Shown here piece after piece: positions 27,287 to 36,310 of a DNA stretch of 64,000 nucleotides. Under the pieces are notes generated by a model. That model searched no databases, was not told where the DNA came from, and saw only the letters and a program-made list of their open reading frames with translations. The position numbers were made by a program, and so were the translations under genes. The DNA comes from an uncultured Enterocloster sp. (GTDB lineage: Bacteria; Bacillota; Clostridia; Lachnospirales; Lachnospiraceae), in assembly GCA_944384065.1 (NCBI GenBank), contig CALWRY010000005.1:294-64293 (forward strand). The letters are read 5' to 3'. Every line of letters begins with the position of its first letter. The stretch's first letter is position 1.

Positions 27287-29587
27287 TTAGCCGTATCTCC
27301 CGCTCATCCGCAGCATCTCCCCCAAGCTCCTCCGAAAAATCCTCCGGTACCCCATAAAATACGCCGCTCCCACCGCCGCGCACACTCCCAGCACAAAGAC
27401 GCCAACGGGCAGCGCCGGCGCATTTTCCCAGAAAATGCCGGACTCCAGATAAGCAGAGCGCATAAAGAGCCCTATCAGCAGACCGGATGCCAAGAGTGCG
27501 AACGCCAGCGGCCGGACAACAAGCAGAAGCGCCTCCCGGAAAAATAAAAGGCCTATCTCCCCAGGCGTCATCCCCACGGACAGATAGAGGGCCATCTCCC
27601 GCCCCCGCTTTTCGGCAAATCCGAGCGCCGTGACAAATACATTTCCCAGCCCAATCAGGGCCAGCATCACGCAGAAGGCGCCTAAAATTCCCCGAAGGGC
27701 CTCCTGGGCCCGCCGGCTGGCCTGCTGCTCCCCAATCCGATTCTCCGCCGCAGCCGTGCGGCCATCCGCTGAGAGGACAGAAAGCGCCTCCGCCTCTATC
27801 TGCTCCAGCTCCTGAAGGTCCGCCCCCTCCCGCGCCAGAAGACGCACCTGGGTCTGCGCCCCGCCTTCCCCCAGCGTGCCCCGCAGCTGCCGCCACAGGC
27901 TGGCTGGAAGGAAATGCACCATCTCATAGTCATCGTAGGCTTCCGCCTGAAAATCATCCCGCAGAAGGGGCGCCTGACGGGTATAGGCAAGCACCTCTGC
28001 CTGCACCTGTTTTCCCTCATCCCCGGTCCTGGCGAGAATGGCCTTCCCGGCCTCCTCCTTCACATAGGGCAGATAAGATGGTTCACGGAAATTAGGATTG
28101 CGCAAATCCCGCACCTGGTTATACACCACCAGCCCGTCCAGGCACTCCGGCGCTCCTATCTGGCGGCAGAAGGCAAGAAAGCTCTCGTCGTCCAGTATCA
28201 CCAGGGAAGCGCCAACCGACCATCCATCTCCATAAGGCCTCACATATCCGGCACTCTCCTCCAAAAATCCGCCTGCATCCGCAAACTCCCCGCTGAGCGC
28301 ATCCGCCGGCAGAAGCCGCCTTGCAGGGGCTTTCTGGTACACAGCCGCATCACGCACCCCCGCAAGCCCTTTTACCGCCTGCGTTTCTGTAAAATCACCA
28401 ATATCCGTGTTCTCCACTGTCACCATCACGTCCCAGGCCTCGGCATACCGGTCAAAATACGTCATCTGCGTGCTGGCCTCAGAAAGGCTCAAAAAGCTCT
28501 GCACCAGGATAAAGGCCGCAAAGGCCATGCCCAGCGCTGAGGAAGCCGCGCCCATGCCCCGGCCCGGTTCCCTTCGGCCCAGTATGCCCCGGCCCAGCCC
28601 CCTTCGGCCCAGTATTCCTCTGTCCAAGCCTCTCCGTCCCAGTCTTCCTCTCGCTTCTCTCCTTCCCGCGCTGCCGCCGCGGATGGCCGCCAGAGGCGTC
28701 GTCCGGCCAAGCGCTCTGGCCGGAAGCCAGGCTGACGTCCACAACGTAATCGCAATGCACAGAAGGGAGACTCCCAGTACAAGGGGATGATAGGAAAATA
28801 CTGCATCCCGCCGCCCGGGAACCTGCTCCCCCGCAAAAGCGTTTATCCACCGGATAGCGGCCGCGCAGGCGCCGATTCCCAGGATACCTCCCGCCGCCGC
28901 AGGCAGAGCGCAGAGCCCGGCGGCCTCCTCCAGAAGGCAGAGCCGAATCTGCCGGGGCGAGGCACCCACACTGGCAAGAATTCCAATTCTCTGTACCCGC
29001 TCCTCCATGTACACGGCAAAGGCACTGCGGATAATCAAAATGAGGGACAGACAGGCCAGGGCCGCTGCTCCGAGAAACAAAATTAAAACCATATAGACAT
29101 CCGGATTCTGCGGATTTGGTACAAAATACAGGTCTAACAGCTCCTCGTTGTATTCCACGGCCTCCGGGCCAAGGCCTGCCAGGGCCGCAATCCTGGGGAG
29201 GTCCTCATAGGCCGTTCCCGGCCGTTTCAGCCGGATGTCAGCTGCCGAAACCGTCCCATCGGCTCCCTCTGCAGCTGGCGGAGCCGTCTTTCCGCTTTCT
29301 TTCTCAGACGCCGGGAGCTCCTCCACATTTTCCCCTTCCGGCACCACGGCCTCCACATTGTCATACGCCTCCATGGCGGACAGCTGTTCGCGGGAGAGCG
29401 GTCCGTCGATGCGCCCATGCACATCCCCCCACTCCGCCTTGACCCGCTCCACATCATAGCTCCACATATTGTAGAGAAGACCGCAGAGCAGGGAAAGCAT
29501 GAGAGCGCAGAAAAAGGCGCAGACCGCTGCCCCGGCGCCGGAGGAACGGTCATTTTTCAGATTATCCCGCACATACGCATTCCACAT
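27287..29587 (-). CDS. FtsX/MacB-like ABC exporter permease
   Basis: Two FtsX-like TM blocks (IGILASVGASPRQI; EMALYLSVGMT) separated by extracellular domains. Confidence 0.88.
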   Translation of the reverse strand: MWNAYVRDNLKNDRSSGAGAAVCAFFCALMLSLLCGLLYNMWSYDVERVKAEWGDVHGRIDGPLSREQLSAMEAYDNVEAVVPEGENVEELPASEKESGKTAPPAAEGADGTVSAADIRLKRPGTAYEDLPRIAALAGLGPEAVEYNEELLDLYFVPNPQNPDVYMVLILFLGAAALACLSLILIIRSAFAVYMEERVQRIGILASVGASPRQIRLCLLEEAAGLCALPAAAGGILGIGACAAAIRWINAFAGEQVPGRRDAVFSYHPLVLGVSLLCIAITLWTSAWLPARALGRTTPLAAIRGGSAGRREARGRLGRRGLDRGILGRRGLGRGILGRREPGRGMGAASSALGMAFAAFILVQSFLSLSEASTQMTYFDRYAEAWDVMVTVENTDIGDFTETQAVKGLAGVRDAAVYQKAPARRLLPADALSGEFADAGGFLEESAGYVRPYGDGWSVGASLVILDDESFLAFCRQIGAPECLDGLVVYNQVRDLRNPNFREPSYLPYVKEEAGKAILARTGDEGKQVQAEVLAYTRQAPLLRDDFQAEAYDDYEMVHFLPASLWRQLRGTLGEGGAQTQVRLLAREGADLQELEQIEAEALSVLSADGRTAAAENRIGEQQASRRAQEALRGILGAFCVMLALIGLGNVFVTALGFAEKRGREMALYLSVGMTPGEIGLLFFREALLLVVRPLAFALLASGLLIGLFMRSAYLESGIFWENAPALPVGVFVLGVCAAVGAAYFMGYRRIFRRSLGEMLRMSGRYG
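28554..28643 (-). repeat. 30-bp coding tandem repeat x3 (ILGRRGLGRG)
   Basis: ATGCCCCGGCCC...CCTTCGGCCCAGT units at 28554, 28584 and 28614 (last one degenerate). Confidence 0.85.
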
Positions 29588-29591
29588 GCCC

Positions 29592-30269
29592 TCACCCCCT
29601 CGTATCCCGGACAATGCGGCCATCCTCCAGCGTTATAATCCGGTCCGCCTCCCCTGCCGCCCGCTCGTCATGGGTCACCATGAGAATGGTCTGATTAAGG
29701 CTTTTGTTTGCCTCCCTCAAAAGCGCCAGAATCTCCTCCGAATTCTTCTTATCCAGATTCCCTGTAGGCTCGTCCGCCAGCAGAATGGCGGGCCGATAGA
29801 GGAGGGCCCTGGCAATAGCCGCCCGCTGCTGCTGGCCCCCGGAGAGCTGTCCCGGAAGAAAATCCAGCCGGTCCGCAATCCCAAGCGCCTCCGCCAGCTG
29901 GTCGAAATATTCCCGGTCCGGCTTTTTCTTGTCAAGGGCCATGGGGAGAAGAATATTTTTCTGAACCGTAAGCGTGGGAATCAGGTTGTAGAACTGATAG
30001 ACCAGCCCCACCCTTCTCCTGCGGTAGAGCGCCGCCTGGGTAGGATTTAAAGCGGAAATATCCTCCCCGTCCACGAAGACGCGGCCGGAGGTGGGCCGTT
30101 CCACCGCTCCCAAAATATAGAGCAGCGTGGATTTTCCAGACCCGGAAGGCCCCGTCACAGCCAAGAACTCCCCCTTTTCCACAGATAAATCCACCTGATC
30201 CAGGGCTCGCACCTGTGCCGCCCCAGCTCCGTATACCCGGCTCACCGCCTCACATCTGAGAATCTCCAT
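29592..30269 (-). CDS. ABC transporter ATP-binding protein (LolD/MacB-like)
   Basis: GPSGSGKST, LSGGQQQR, LLADEPTGNLD and MVTHD motifs. Confidence 0.95.
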   Translation of the reverse strand: MEILRCEAVSRVYGAGAAQVRALDQVDLSVEKGEFLAVTGPSGSGKSTLLYILGAVERPTSGRVFVDGEDISALNPTQAALYRRRRVGLVYQFYNLIPTLTVQKNILLPMALDKKKPDREYFDQLAEALGIADRLDFLPGQLSGGQQQRAAIARALLYRPAILLADEPTGNLDKKNSEEILALLREANKSLNQTILMVTHDERAAGEADRIITLEDGRIVRDTRG

Positions 30270-31734
30270 TCGCCCTTATCCCTTCCTTTCCGCGCTGTCT
30301 CTGCGCCGCCCAGCGCAGGTCGTCAAAATCCCCCAAATCCTCCAGCCGTACCTCCGACACCTTCACCCGCCTCCCCGGCTCTTCCTGCTGTCCCCGGATG
30401 GTGGCGGGAATATCCCCTGCAAGCTGCCGCCTCACACTTTCCGCCCGCAGCAGGCAGACCTGCTCCAGGGTCCTCACTGCCAGCTGATGGTCCTCATAGG
30501 AGCAGAAGGCCGTAGGGTCCTTCTCCACATACGGGGAAATCAGCCGGGCGGTCTCCCAGAACGCCGCATCGAATTTCCGGCTCTCAAAATACCCGGAAAT
30601 AAGCTGCCCCAGATATCCGTGATACCGTGAAAAATACGCCTGATTTTTCATCAGATTGTGGTACAGGGGCCGCTTAAGCATCACGCTGCCCTCCGCTGGC
30701 GTATTGATTGGGGCGTTAATCAGCACTTCTGCATCCTTTATAGGATTCGGCATACCCAGGGCGTAGGTCCCGAAGGCCAGGTTATAATCCCAGGGCAGCA
30801 TATGCAGAATGCCATCCTCCTCATAGAGAAAATAGTTGTGCCCTGTATGCCCCAGATAGCTGTCCCAGTTCATCACAAAGACCTGAACCGCAAAGTACCG
30901 CAGCACCTCGTCCACATCCACGGCCGTCTCCAGGCTCACCCCAGTGGACAGTATCTCCAGCGCCCGCACCAGCCGCCGCTTGTCCGCCTCCGAGGGCTGA
31001 AGCTTGGCATTTTCAAAAATATTCGGATAGCTTTCCGGATTCCGGCCGATATAACGCAGGGCCACATCCGCATTCTCCGCGTTCAGCGAGCGGTAATCCG
31101 GCTTATAGAGCTGTCCATGGTTCATGCCAAAATTCCGCCTGGCAAAGCCCTCCTCCGGCTCCTCCACCGCCAAAAACAGACCCCAATCCGCTCCGTTTAC
31201 CTGCACCCAGACAAAGCTGCACAGCGGAGAGGGCACTCCCATATACTCCATCATATCATAGGTGAGCCAGGTTTTCATATAGCTATTATCCTGAAAGGAC
31301 GCGTCCAAAGAAAATTTATCCAGCCCGTGATAGCTTCCGCCCTCCAGAAAATGGTCGAACTCCAGCTTCAGGCTGTACCGTCTGAGCCCATAGTCCCCGG
31401 TCAGGTGCAGGGAATTGTTCCCCTTGGCCCGCAGTCCCACCTGTCGGAACTCCTCCCCGTCAACCACAGCCGTGCAGGCCGTATACTGCTCCTCCTGCGC
31501 ATTTTCCAGAAACGCTTCCCAGTCACCGACTTGAATATTGATATGGTGAACCCGGCTGTCGTCAAACAGCCGGGTCTCATAGGCCTGAAAAATCCCTCCG
31601 TCTTTCTGGCCTTTACCTGCCGCCGCCCCGTCCGCCTGCCGCGCGCTGCCAAGCACAAGGAAGGCCACGGCGGCCAAGACTGCCAACAGCCCTGCCCCTA
31701 TTCCCACTGCGTCGATATATCTGCTCCCTGCCAT
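30250..31734 (-). CDS. CotH-family secreted protein kinase with N-terminal membrane anchor
   Basis: GLRAKGNNS, SLKLEF, NWDSY...HNYFLY and PWDYNLAFG motifs. Confidence 0.9.
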   Translation of the reverse strand: MAGSRYIDAVGIGAGLLAVLAAVAFLVLGSARQADGAAAGKGQKDGGIFQAYETRLFDDSRVHHINIQVGDWEAFLENAQEEQYTACTAVVDGEEFRQVGLRAKGNNSLHLTGDYGLRRYSLKLEFDHFLEGGSYHGLDKFSLDASFQDNSYMKTWLTYDMMEYMGVPSPLCSFVWVQVNGADWGLFLAVEEPEEGFARRNFGMNHGQLYKPDYRSLNAENADVALRYIGRNPESYPNIFENAKLQPSEADKRRLVRALEILSTGVSLETAVDVDEVLRYFAVQVFVMNWDSYLGHTGHNYFLYEEDGILHMLPWDYNLAFGTYALGMPNPIKDAEVLINAPINTPAEGSVMLKRPLYHNLMKNQAYFSRYHGYLGQLISGYFESRKFDAAFWETARLISPYVEKDPTAFCSYEDHQLAVRTLEQVCLLRAESVRRQLAGDIPATIRGQQEEPGRRVKVSEVRLEDLGDFDDLRWAAQRQRGKEGIRANGDSQM

Positions 31735-31739
31735 ACGCT

Positions 31740-32411
31740 TTATCCCATATAATCCCCGTTGTAGGACACAAGAACCACCCGGCTCACCCCGTCCATAGCC
31801 TCCAGCTCATTCACAAAGGCGCTGGAATCCTCCCGGAGGCGCACCTCGTAATTCAGCTCCACCACGCCGCGCTCCACGCTCTTGCTCTTTAAATTCATCC
31901 TCCGCACCTGGGTGGACACAAAAATCCGGGCCTGCTCCTCCGCCTGGCTGTCCGCGCAGTGCAGCACCAAAATATACGGCGCATCCACCGTTTTCTTCTT
32001 GGCAAATGCCAAAAGCACAATTCCCACAAAGACGCTTCCGAGCACTGCCAGGGGAATCAGCCCTGCGGCCAGCACAATTCCCACCGCGATGGCCCAGAAC
32101 AAAAACGCGATATCCATGGGCTCCTTGACAGCCGTCCGGAAGCGCACAATAGACAGGGCGCCCACCATGCCCAGGGAAAGCACCACATTGCTGACTACCG
32201 CCATAATCAGAAGGGTGGTAATCATAGCCATGGCAATCAGCGTCACTCCAAAGCTGGCCGAATACATCACGCCGCTATAGCTGTTCTTATAAATAAAGAA
32301 AATAAACACTCCCAGCAAAAAAGCCAGCACAAGGCCAATTGCCATATCAGCCAGGGAAACGCTTCCCACATTTTCCAAAAAGCTAGATTTAAAAATATCC
32401 TGAAAGGTCAT
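31740..32411 (-). CDS. DUF4956 family membrane protein
   Basis: LSLGMVGALSIVRFRTAVKEP motif; downstream of the VTC gene. Confidence 0.92.
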   Translation of the reverse strand: MTFQDIFKSSFLENVGSVSLADMAIGLVLAFLLGVFIFFIYKNSYSGVMYSASFGVTLIAMAMITTLLIMAVVSNVVLSLGMVGALSIVRFRTAVKEPMDIAFLFWAIAVGIVLAAGLIPLAVLGSVFVGIVLLAFAKKKTVDAPYILVLHCADSQAEEQARIFVSTQVRRMNLKSKSVERGVVELNYEVRLREDSSAFVNELEAMDGVSRVVLVSYNGDYMG

Positions 32412-32512
32412 CGGAGGACCTCCTTTTCTCTTCTCTATGCTCCCGGCCGGAGCCGCGTCCGTCTGCCCTGTCCTGCCTGCGGGCCGCCAATCTGCTGTCC
32501 CTGCCCATGGGG

Positions 32513-33265
32513 TCAGTCGTACCGCCTGCAGACCGCATACTTGGAGCAGGCAGACGCCTGCCTCCCGGGTATTTGGACTGCCATTCGCACCAGGTCCGGA
32601 AGAAATTCGTCGTACTTTACCTCCAGCACTGCCAGCTGGCCCAGGGCCGGAAGGCGCAGCAGGTTCGTGTCAAGAAAATCCACTCTTCCCAGACCCGTGC
32701 GCACATTTCTGTCCAGGGTAATACGCACATTGCCCGGCTCATACACAAAGGCCTCCCTATCGTAGCTGACTACGGTCCTCGGACGCAGCCCCTTTCCCCG
32801 CAGCTTGCTGTAAAATTCCGCGCAGAGCGGGTTCTCCTCCTCCAGAAGGAACGCATCATTTCCCCCAAGCAGCTCCTCTGCCTGCTCCTTTGCAAGGCGG
32901 GCGCTGCGCTTTCCGCACAGCCCCCGGTCCTTAAATTTTTTCTCCAGCCGGATAAAGGAGGTATCCTCCCCATAGTAGCGGAGCCGAAATTTTTCCCGCC
33001 GGTTTACCCCGCCTATCTTTTCCCGCAGAGCACTGTCATAGGGCGTATCAAAATACAGGCTTGTCACCCGGTAGCTCCCGTCCTCCCCCGCGTGGCTGTC
33101 CCGCTTAAACAGCTTTCCCAGCCGTCCGGCCAGCACCAAAGCTTCTTCAGGGCGTATCAGGTGCTTTTGCTCATGGCGCATGGCGGCGGATTGCGGCTGC
33201 CTTAGCCCCGCAGGCCTGTACTCCTGCTCCAAGCGCCTAGTCGTCATAGTCTGTATCGCCGCCAT
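32513..33265 (-). CDS. VTC-domain polyphosphate polymerase-like protein (start uncertain: 33265, 33247 or 33181)
   Basis: RHEQKH, SLYFDT, REKFRLRYY, LEKK, YDREAF, RITLD, LEVKY and SKY motifs of the VTC/CYTH tunnel family. Confidence 0.9.
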   Translation of the reverse strand: MAAIQTMTTRRLEQEYRPAGLRQPQSAAMRHEQKHLIRPEEALVLAGRLGKLFKRDSHAGEDGSYRVTSLYFDTPYDSALREKIGGVNRREKFRLRYYGEDTSFIRLEKKFKDRGLCGKRSARLAKEQAEELLGGNDAFLLEEENPLCAEFYSKLRGKGLRPRTVVSYDREAFVYEPGNVRITLDRNVRTGLGRVDFLDTNLLRLPALGQLAVLEVKYDEFLPDLVRMAVQIPGRQASACSKYAVCRRYD

Positions 33266-34412
33266 CATCGTAGTCCGTATCGCCATAGTCGTCGTAATTC
33301 GTGTCATTGCCGTAGTTCGTATCGCCATAATCCGTGTAGTGATAATCCGTCACGCCGTCATTGTCCGGGCCGTAATCCGTATCCGCGTAATCCGTCACGC
33401 CGTCATTGTTCGGGCCGTAATCCGTATCCGCGTAATCCGTCACGCCGTCATTATTCGGGCCGTAATCCGTATCCGCGTAATCCGTTACGCCGTCATTGTC
33501 TGGGCCGTAATCCGTGTCCGCGTATCCGGCTGCGCCGCCCGGCTGGCTCTGCTGGCCTGGCTGTCCCTGCCCCCCCGCGTGCCCGGGATTTGACGGCCTA
33601 TGTCCTCCCTCTAAAATCCTTCCGTTTTCCGCATGTACCTCGTATTCATATTCCTGTCCATTGACGGTAAATTCCAGCTCAAAGGTGGGCGTCCCGTCGT
33701 CGTGGTCAAACTCCCGGTCCACAAAAACCGCATCCGCCGCGTTTACTTGCGCGTCAGCCAGAGCAATCTCCTTCGCCTTATCCAGAGTGATATAGTGGGA
33801 CGGCCTGCCCTCCCGGCTGTAATTGGGGTCATAATCATCATCCTCTATGAGCACAACACGGGAAGCCAGCTGCTGCTCATACACCGCATTCCGGGTGCTG
33901 GTGCTCATATCCTCCATAAAATCCTTGCCCGGAAGAAGAGAGCCCGGCTCCAGCTGCAGAACGATATTTCTCGCCCCGCCGTCTACATCATCCACAAAAT
34001 AACCAGCCGCATTAATTGCGGCAACCAGCTCCTCCAGCACCTGCCCGCAGGGCTTTCCGATATAATCCCGGTAGGAGGACACGATAACCTCCCCGTCCGG
34101 GTTCATTCCGTTCAAATCCGTCACTCTGCCTTCCCGGTTGTACTCAATCTGAATCTCCGGGTTTACACTCAAAAGCAGGCTTCCCGCATCCATTTCATCT
34201 GATGTCTGGGCCGCTGCTCCCTGCGCCCCGCCCCATGCGGCGGATGCCGCAGCCTGGGTCTGAACCGGTGCCTGGGATGCCATTCCCTGGGACTGACCCT
34301 GTGCCGGTGCACCTGCGCTCTGCGCCCCCGTCCCGCATCCGGTCAGAAGGACTGCCGCCATAACAGCCAGGGAAGAAACCGATGCCGCTGTACGTCTTTT
34401 CATCTTCATCAT
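33237..34412 (-). CDS. lipoprotein with RsgI-like extracytoplasmic (SEAL) domain, PepSY domain and Asp/Tyr repeat tail
   Basis: Lipobox LTGC; LLSVNPEIQIEYNREGRV; PepSY-like ITLDKAKEIAL...YEYEVHAENGRIL; (YADTDYGPxNDGVTD)x4. Confidence 0.85.
   Translation of the reverse strand: MMKMKRRTAASVSSLAVMAAVLLTGCGTGAQSAGAPAQGQSQGMASQAPVQTQAAASAAWGGAQGAAAQTSDEMDAGSLLLSVNPEIQIEYNREGRVTDLNGMNPDGEVIVSSYRDYIGKPCGQVLEELVAAINAAGYFVDDVDGGARNIVLQLEPGSLLPGKDFMEDMSTSTRNAVYEQQLASRVVLIEDDDYDPNYSREGRPSHYITLDKAKEIALADAQVNAADAVFVDREFDHDDGTPTFELEFTVNGQEYEYEVHAENGRILEGGHRPSNPGHAGGQGQPGQQSQPGGAAGYADTDYGPDNDGVTDYADTDYGPNNDGVTDYADTDYGPNNDGVTDYADTDYGPDNDGVTDYHYTDYGDTNYGNDTNYDDYGDTDYDDGGDTDYDD
33342..33521 (-). repeat. 45-bp coding tandem repeat x4
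   Basis: Unit GTAATCCGTCACGCCGTCATTGTTCGGGCCGTAATCCGTATCCGC on the + strand, no spacers between copies. Confidence 0.95.
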
Positions 34413-34490
34413 AATAATACTCCTCTCTTTTAGGTACAATGTTGTATATTCGCAAATAGCTCTTGGCTTTTCTGCCTTACACCTATAGAT

Positions 34491-34518
34491 TACGCGCCCC
34501 CTTTTTCAAAACCAGGGT
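34491..34518 (-). promoter_or_regulatory. sigma-I-type promoter of the lipoprotein-VTC-DUF4956-CotH-ABC gene string
   Basis: ACCC-tggttttgAAAAAgggggcg-CGTA; aligns with the site upstream of sigI. Confidence 0.7.
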
Positions 34519-34545
34519 TCATGGAAAAATTTTTTGTAAAAATGT

Positions 34546-35532
34546 TTAGCCGTCATCGTCACCATAATCCGTATCCTCGTCCCAATCCGGCTCGTAATCC
34601 GTATCTCCATCCCGGTAATCCGTGACATCATCCGTTCCATAATCCGTATCCTCCGAATACGGCAGAGCAGAAGCAGACGGCGCTTCCGCTGCTGGGGGAA
34701 CGGAGGGCGCGGCTTCCGTTTCTGCCGCTGACGGAGCGGCGGACGCGGGCGGCGCTTCCGTTGCCGGAGGTGCTGTGGGCGGCACTTCCGTCTCCGCCGC
34801 AGGCGGTGGAGCAGACGCAGGCGGCGTCTCTGTCTCAGGCAGCGCAATAGGTGTCTGCGGTGCCTCCGTCTCAGGCGGCCCCGCGGGCGCAGGCACTGTC
34901 TCCTCTGTCTCCTTCTGAAACACCGGCGCAGCCTCCGGGGTCTCCTCCGGCATCTCCCCCTCATACTCCATAATTACAATATCGAAGGGAACGCTGCCTT
35001 CCAGCTGCTTTCCCACCTGGGTCCGCAGCTCTATCCCATACGCCTCAAAAATCTCCTCCTCCGGCGCATCTATCAGAAAAGCAACCTGGCCGCCCGCAGT
35101 CAAAAATCCCATATCGAGCGCCCTGTCAATCAGCTCGTCCGCGACTAACGTCTTATCCTTACCCTTCCCGTCATAATCCGCAAGCAGGGCCTGTCCGTCC
35201 GCATTCATGCCAGACAGCCCCACCACTGTCCCCTTCCGGTTCAAATCCATCTGCACATCCGGATTGATGGACATATAGATATGGGAATAGGTTCGAACAT
35301 AGGTCTGGTAATACCCGGCTCCCAGAGTCAAGGCCAGGCAGGCAGCCGCTGCTCCTGCCGCGCCCGCCAGCACCCGCAGACGCACAGAAGGAGCCTTTTG
35401 CTCCCGCATAAGCACCACGTGTTCCACGGTCTGTCCCACCTCATACCTGAGGTTAGCCGTCCGCAGAAAACGGCCCTCCTCATCCAGCACAATGGCATAG
35501 CTGGGGCGGCATTCCATCACAATATACTTCAT
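34546..35532 (-). CDS. rsgI: anti-sigma-I factor RsgI
   Basis: N-terminal YAIVLDEEGRF...YEVGQ anti-sigma domain, one TM helix, MSINP, then Pro/Ala/Glu linker and DTDY tail; overlaps the sigI stop. Confidence 0.88.
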   Translation of the reverse strand: MKYIVMECRPSYAIVLDEEGRFLRTANLRYEVGQTVEHVVLMREQKAPSVRLRVLAGAAGAAAACLALTLGAGYYQTYVRTYSHIYMSINPDVQMDLNRKGTVVGLSGMNADGQALLADYDGKGKDKTLVADELIDRALDMGFLTAGGQVAFLIDAPEEEIFEAYGIELRTQVGKQLEGSVPFDIVIMEYEGEMPEETPEAAPVFQKETEETVPAPAGPPETEAPQTPIALPETETPPASAPPPAAETEVPPTAPPATEAPPASAAPSAAETEAAPSVPPAAEAPSASALPYSEDTDYGTDDVTDYRDGDTDYEPDWDEDTDYGDDDG

Positions 35533-36254
35533 TTTCCTGCCACTCCTTTCATTACCTGGTACAGGTGTCCCCGAATTATCTCATAGCCATTGGTATAAAT
35601 CAGCAGGAGGGCCGCCATATAGGCGCGGTGCCGCTCCAGCGTCTTTTTCTCCACCCCTGCGCCTGCTGCAAGTCTTGAAATGGGAATCCTTTTAGTCCGA
35701 AGAAATTCCTCCAAAAGCTCCGGATTCTCCCTGGCAAAGGAAATCGCCTTTTGGCAGGCCGCCAAGGTCCTCTGCTGTCTGGGACAGTTCTCCGCCACAT
35801 CCTCCAGTCCCACGCCGAAGGCCTGCATCTGGCGGGTCAGCTCCGCAATCTCTGCGCGAGCAGCCTCCCGCACTGCCAGCTCCTCGCTGTGGTCTCTGTC
35901 CTCCGACAGCTTCTCCCCCAGCGTCTCCCCGCTCTCCCCCTCCGGCTCGTCCAGGGAGAGGGAACCACGGTGCCGCTCCTCTCTCCGGTGATAGTCAATC
36001 AGCCTGCTCCTTATCAGCATGGCCGCATATTTAAAAAAGGCGCCCTTGGTCCGCGAATATCCCCGAACCGCCTCATGGAAGGCAATCATGGCAATGCTCA
36101 GCTCATCGTCCTGGCCCTCTGCCGGAGGGCGCTTCAGCCACCTGGCCGTCTCCGCCCGGATAAAGGGCATATAGGTGCGGATGAGCGCGTCCGCCTCCGC
36201 CATATCTTCCTTTGCTGCATATACCTGCCGGATGATTTTGTGCTCGTCCTTCAT
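35529..36254 (-). CDS. sigI: RNA polymerase sigma-I factor
   Basis: YMPFI, DDELSIAMIAFHEAV, IRSRLIDY and KKTLERHRAY motifs. Confidence 0.92.
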   Translation of the reverse strand: MKDEHKIIRQVYAAKEDMAEADALIRTYMPFIRAETARWLKRPPAEGQDDELSIAMIAFHEAVRGYSRTKGAFFKYAAMLIRSRLIDYHRREERHRGSLSLDEPEGESGETLGEKLSEDRDHSEELAVREAARAEIAELTRQMQAFGVGLEDVAENCPRQQRTLAACQKAISFARENPELLEEFLRTKRIPISRLAAGAGVEKKTLERHRAYMAALLLIYTNGYEIIRGHLYQVMKGVAGK

Positions 36255-36282
36255 ACAGCAGACTCCCCCTTTGGTTATAGTA

Positions 36283-36310
36283 TACGGTTCTTCTTTTTTA
36301 AAATCGGGGT
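36283..36310 (-). promoter_or_regulatory. sigma-I-type autoregulatory promoter
   Basis: ACCCC-19 bp containing an A-tract-CGTA, fitting the SigI consensus (C-tract/A-tract -35, CGWA -10). Confidence 0.72.

Noticed and set aside
30250-31734. CotH as a spore-coat gene
   Set aside because: N-terminal TM anchor and VTC/DUF4956/SigI context fit the non-coat CotH-kinase clusters; no sigma-E/K promoter noticed.
33342-33521. 45-bp repeats as CRISPR or ncRNA array
   Set aside because: Contiguous units, length a multiple of 3, mostly third-position variation; they encode the lipoprotein tail.
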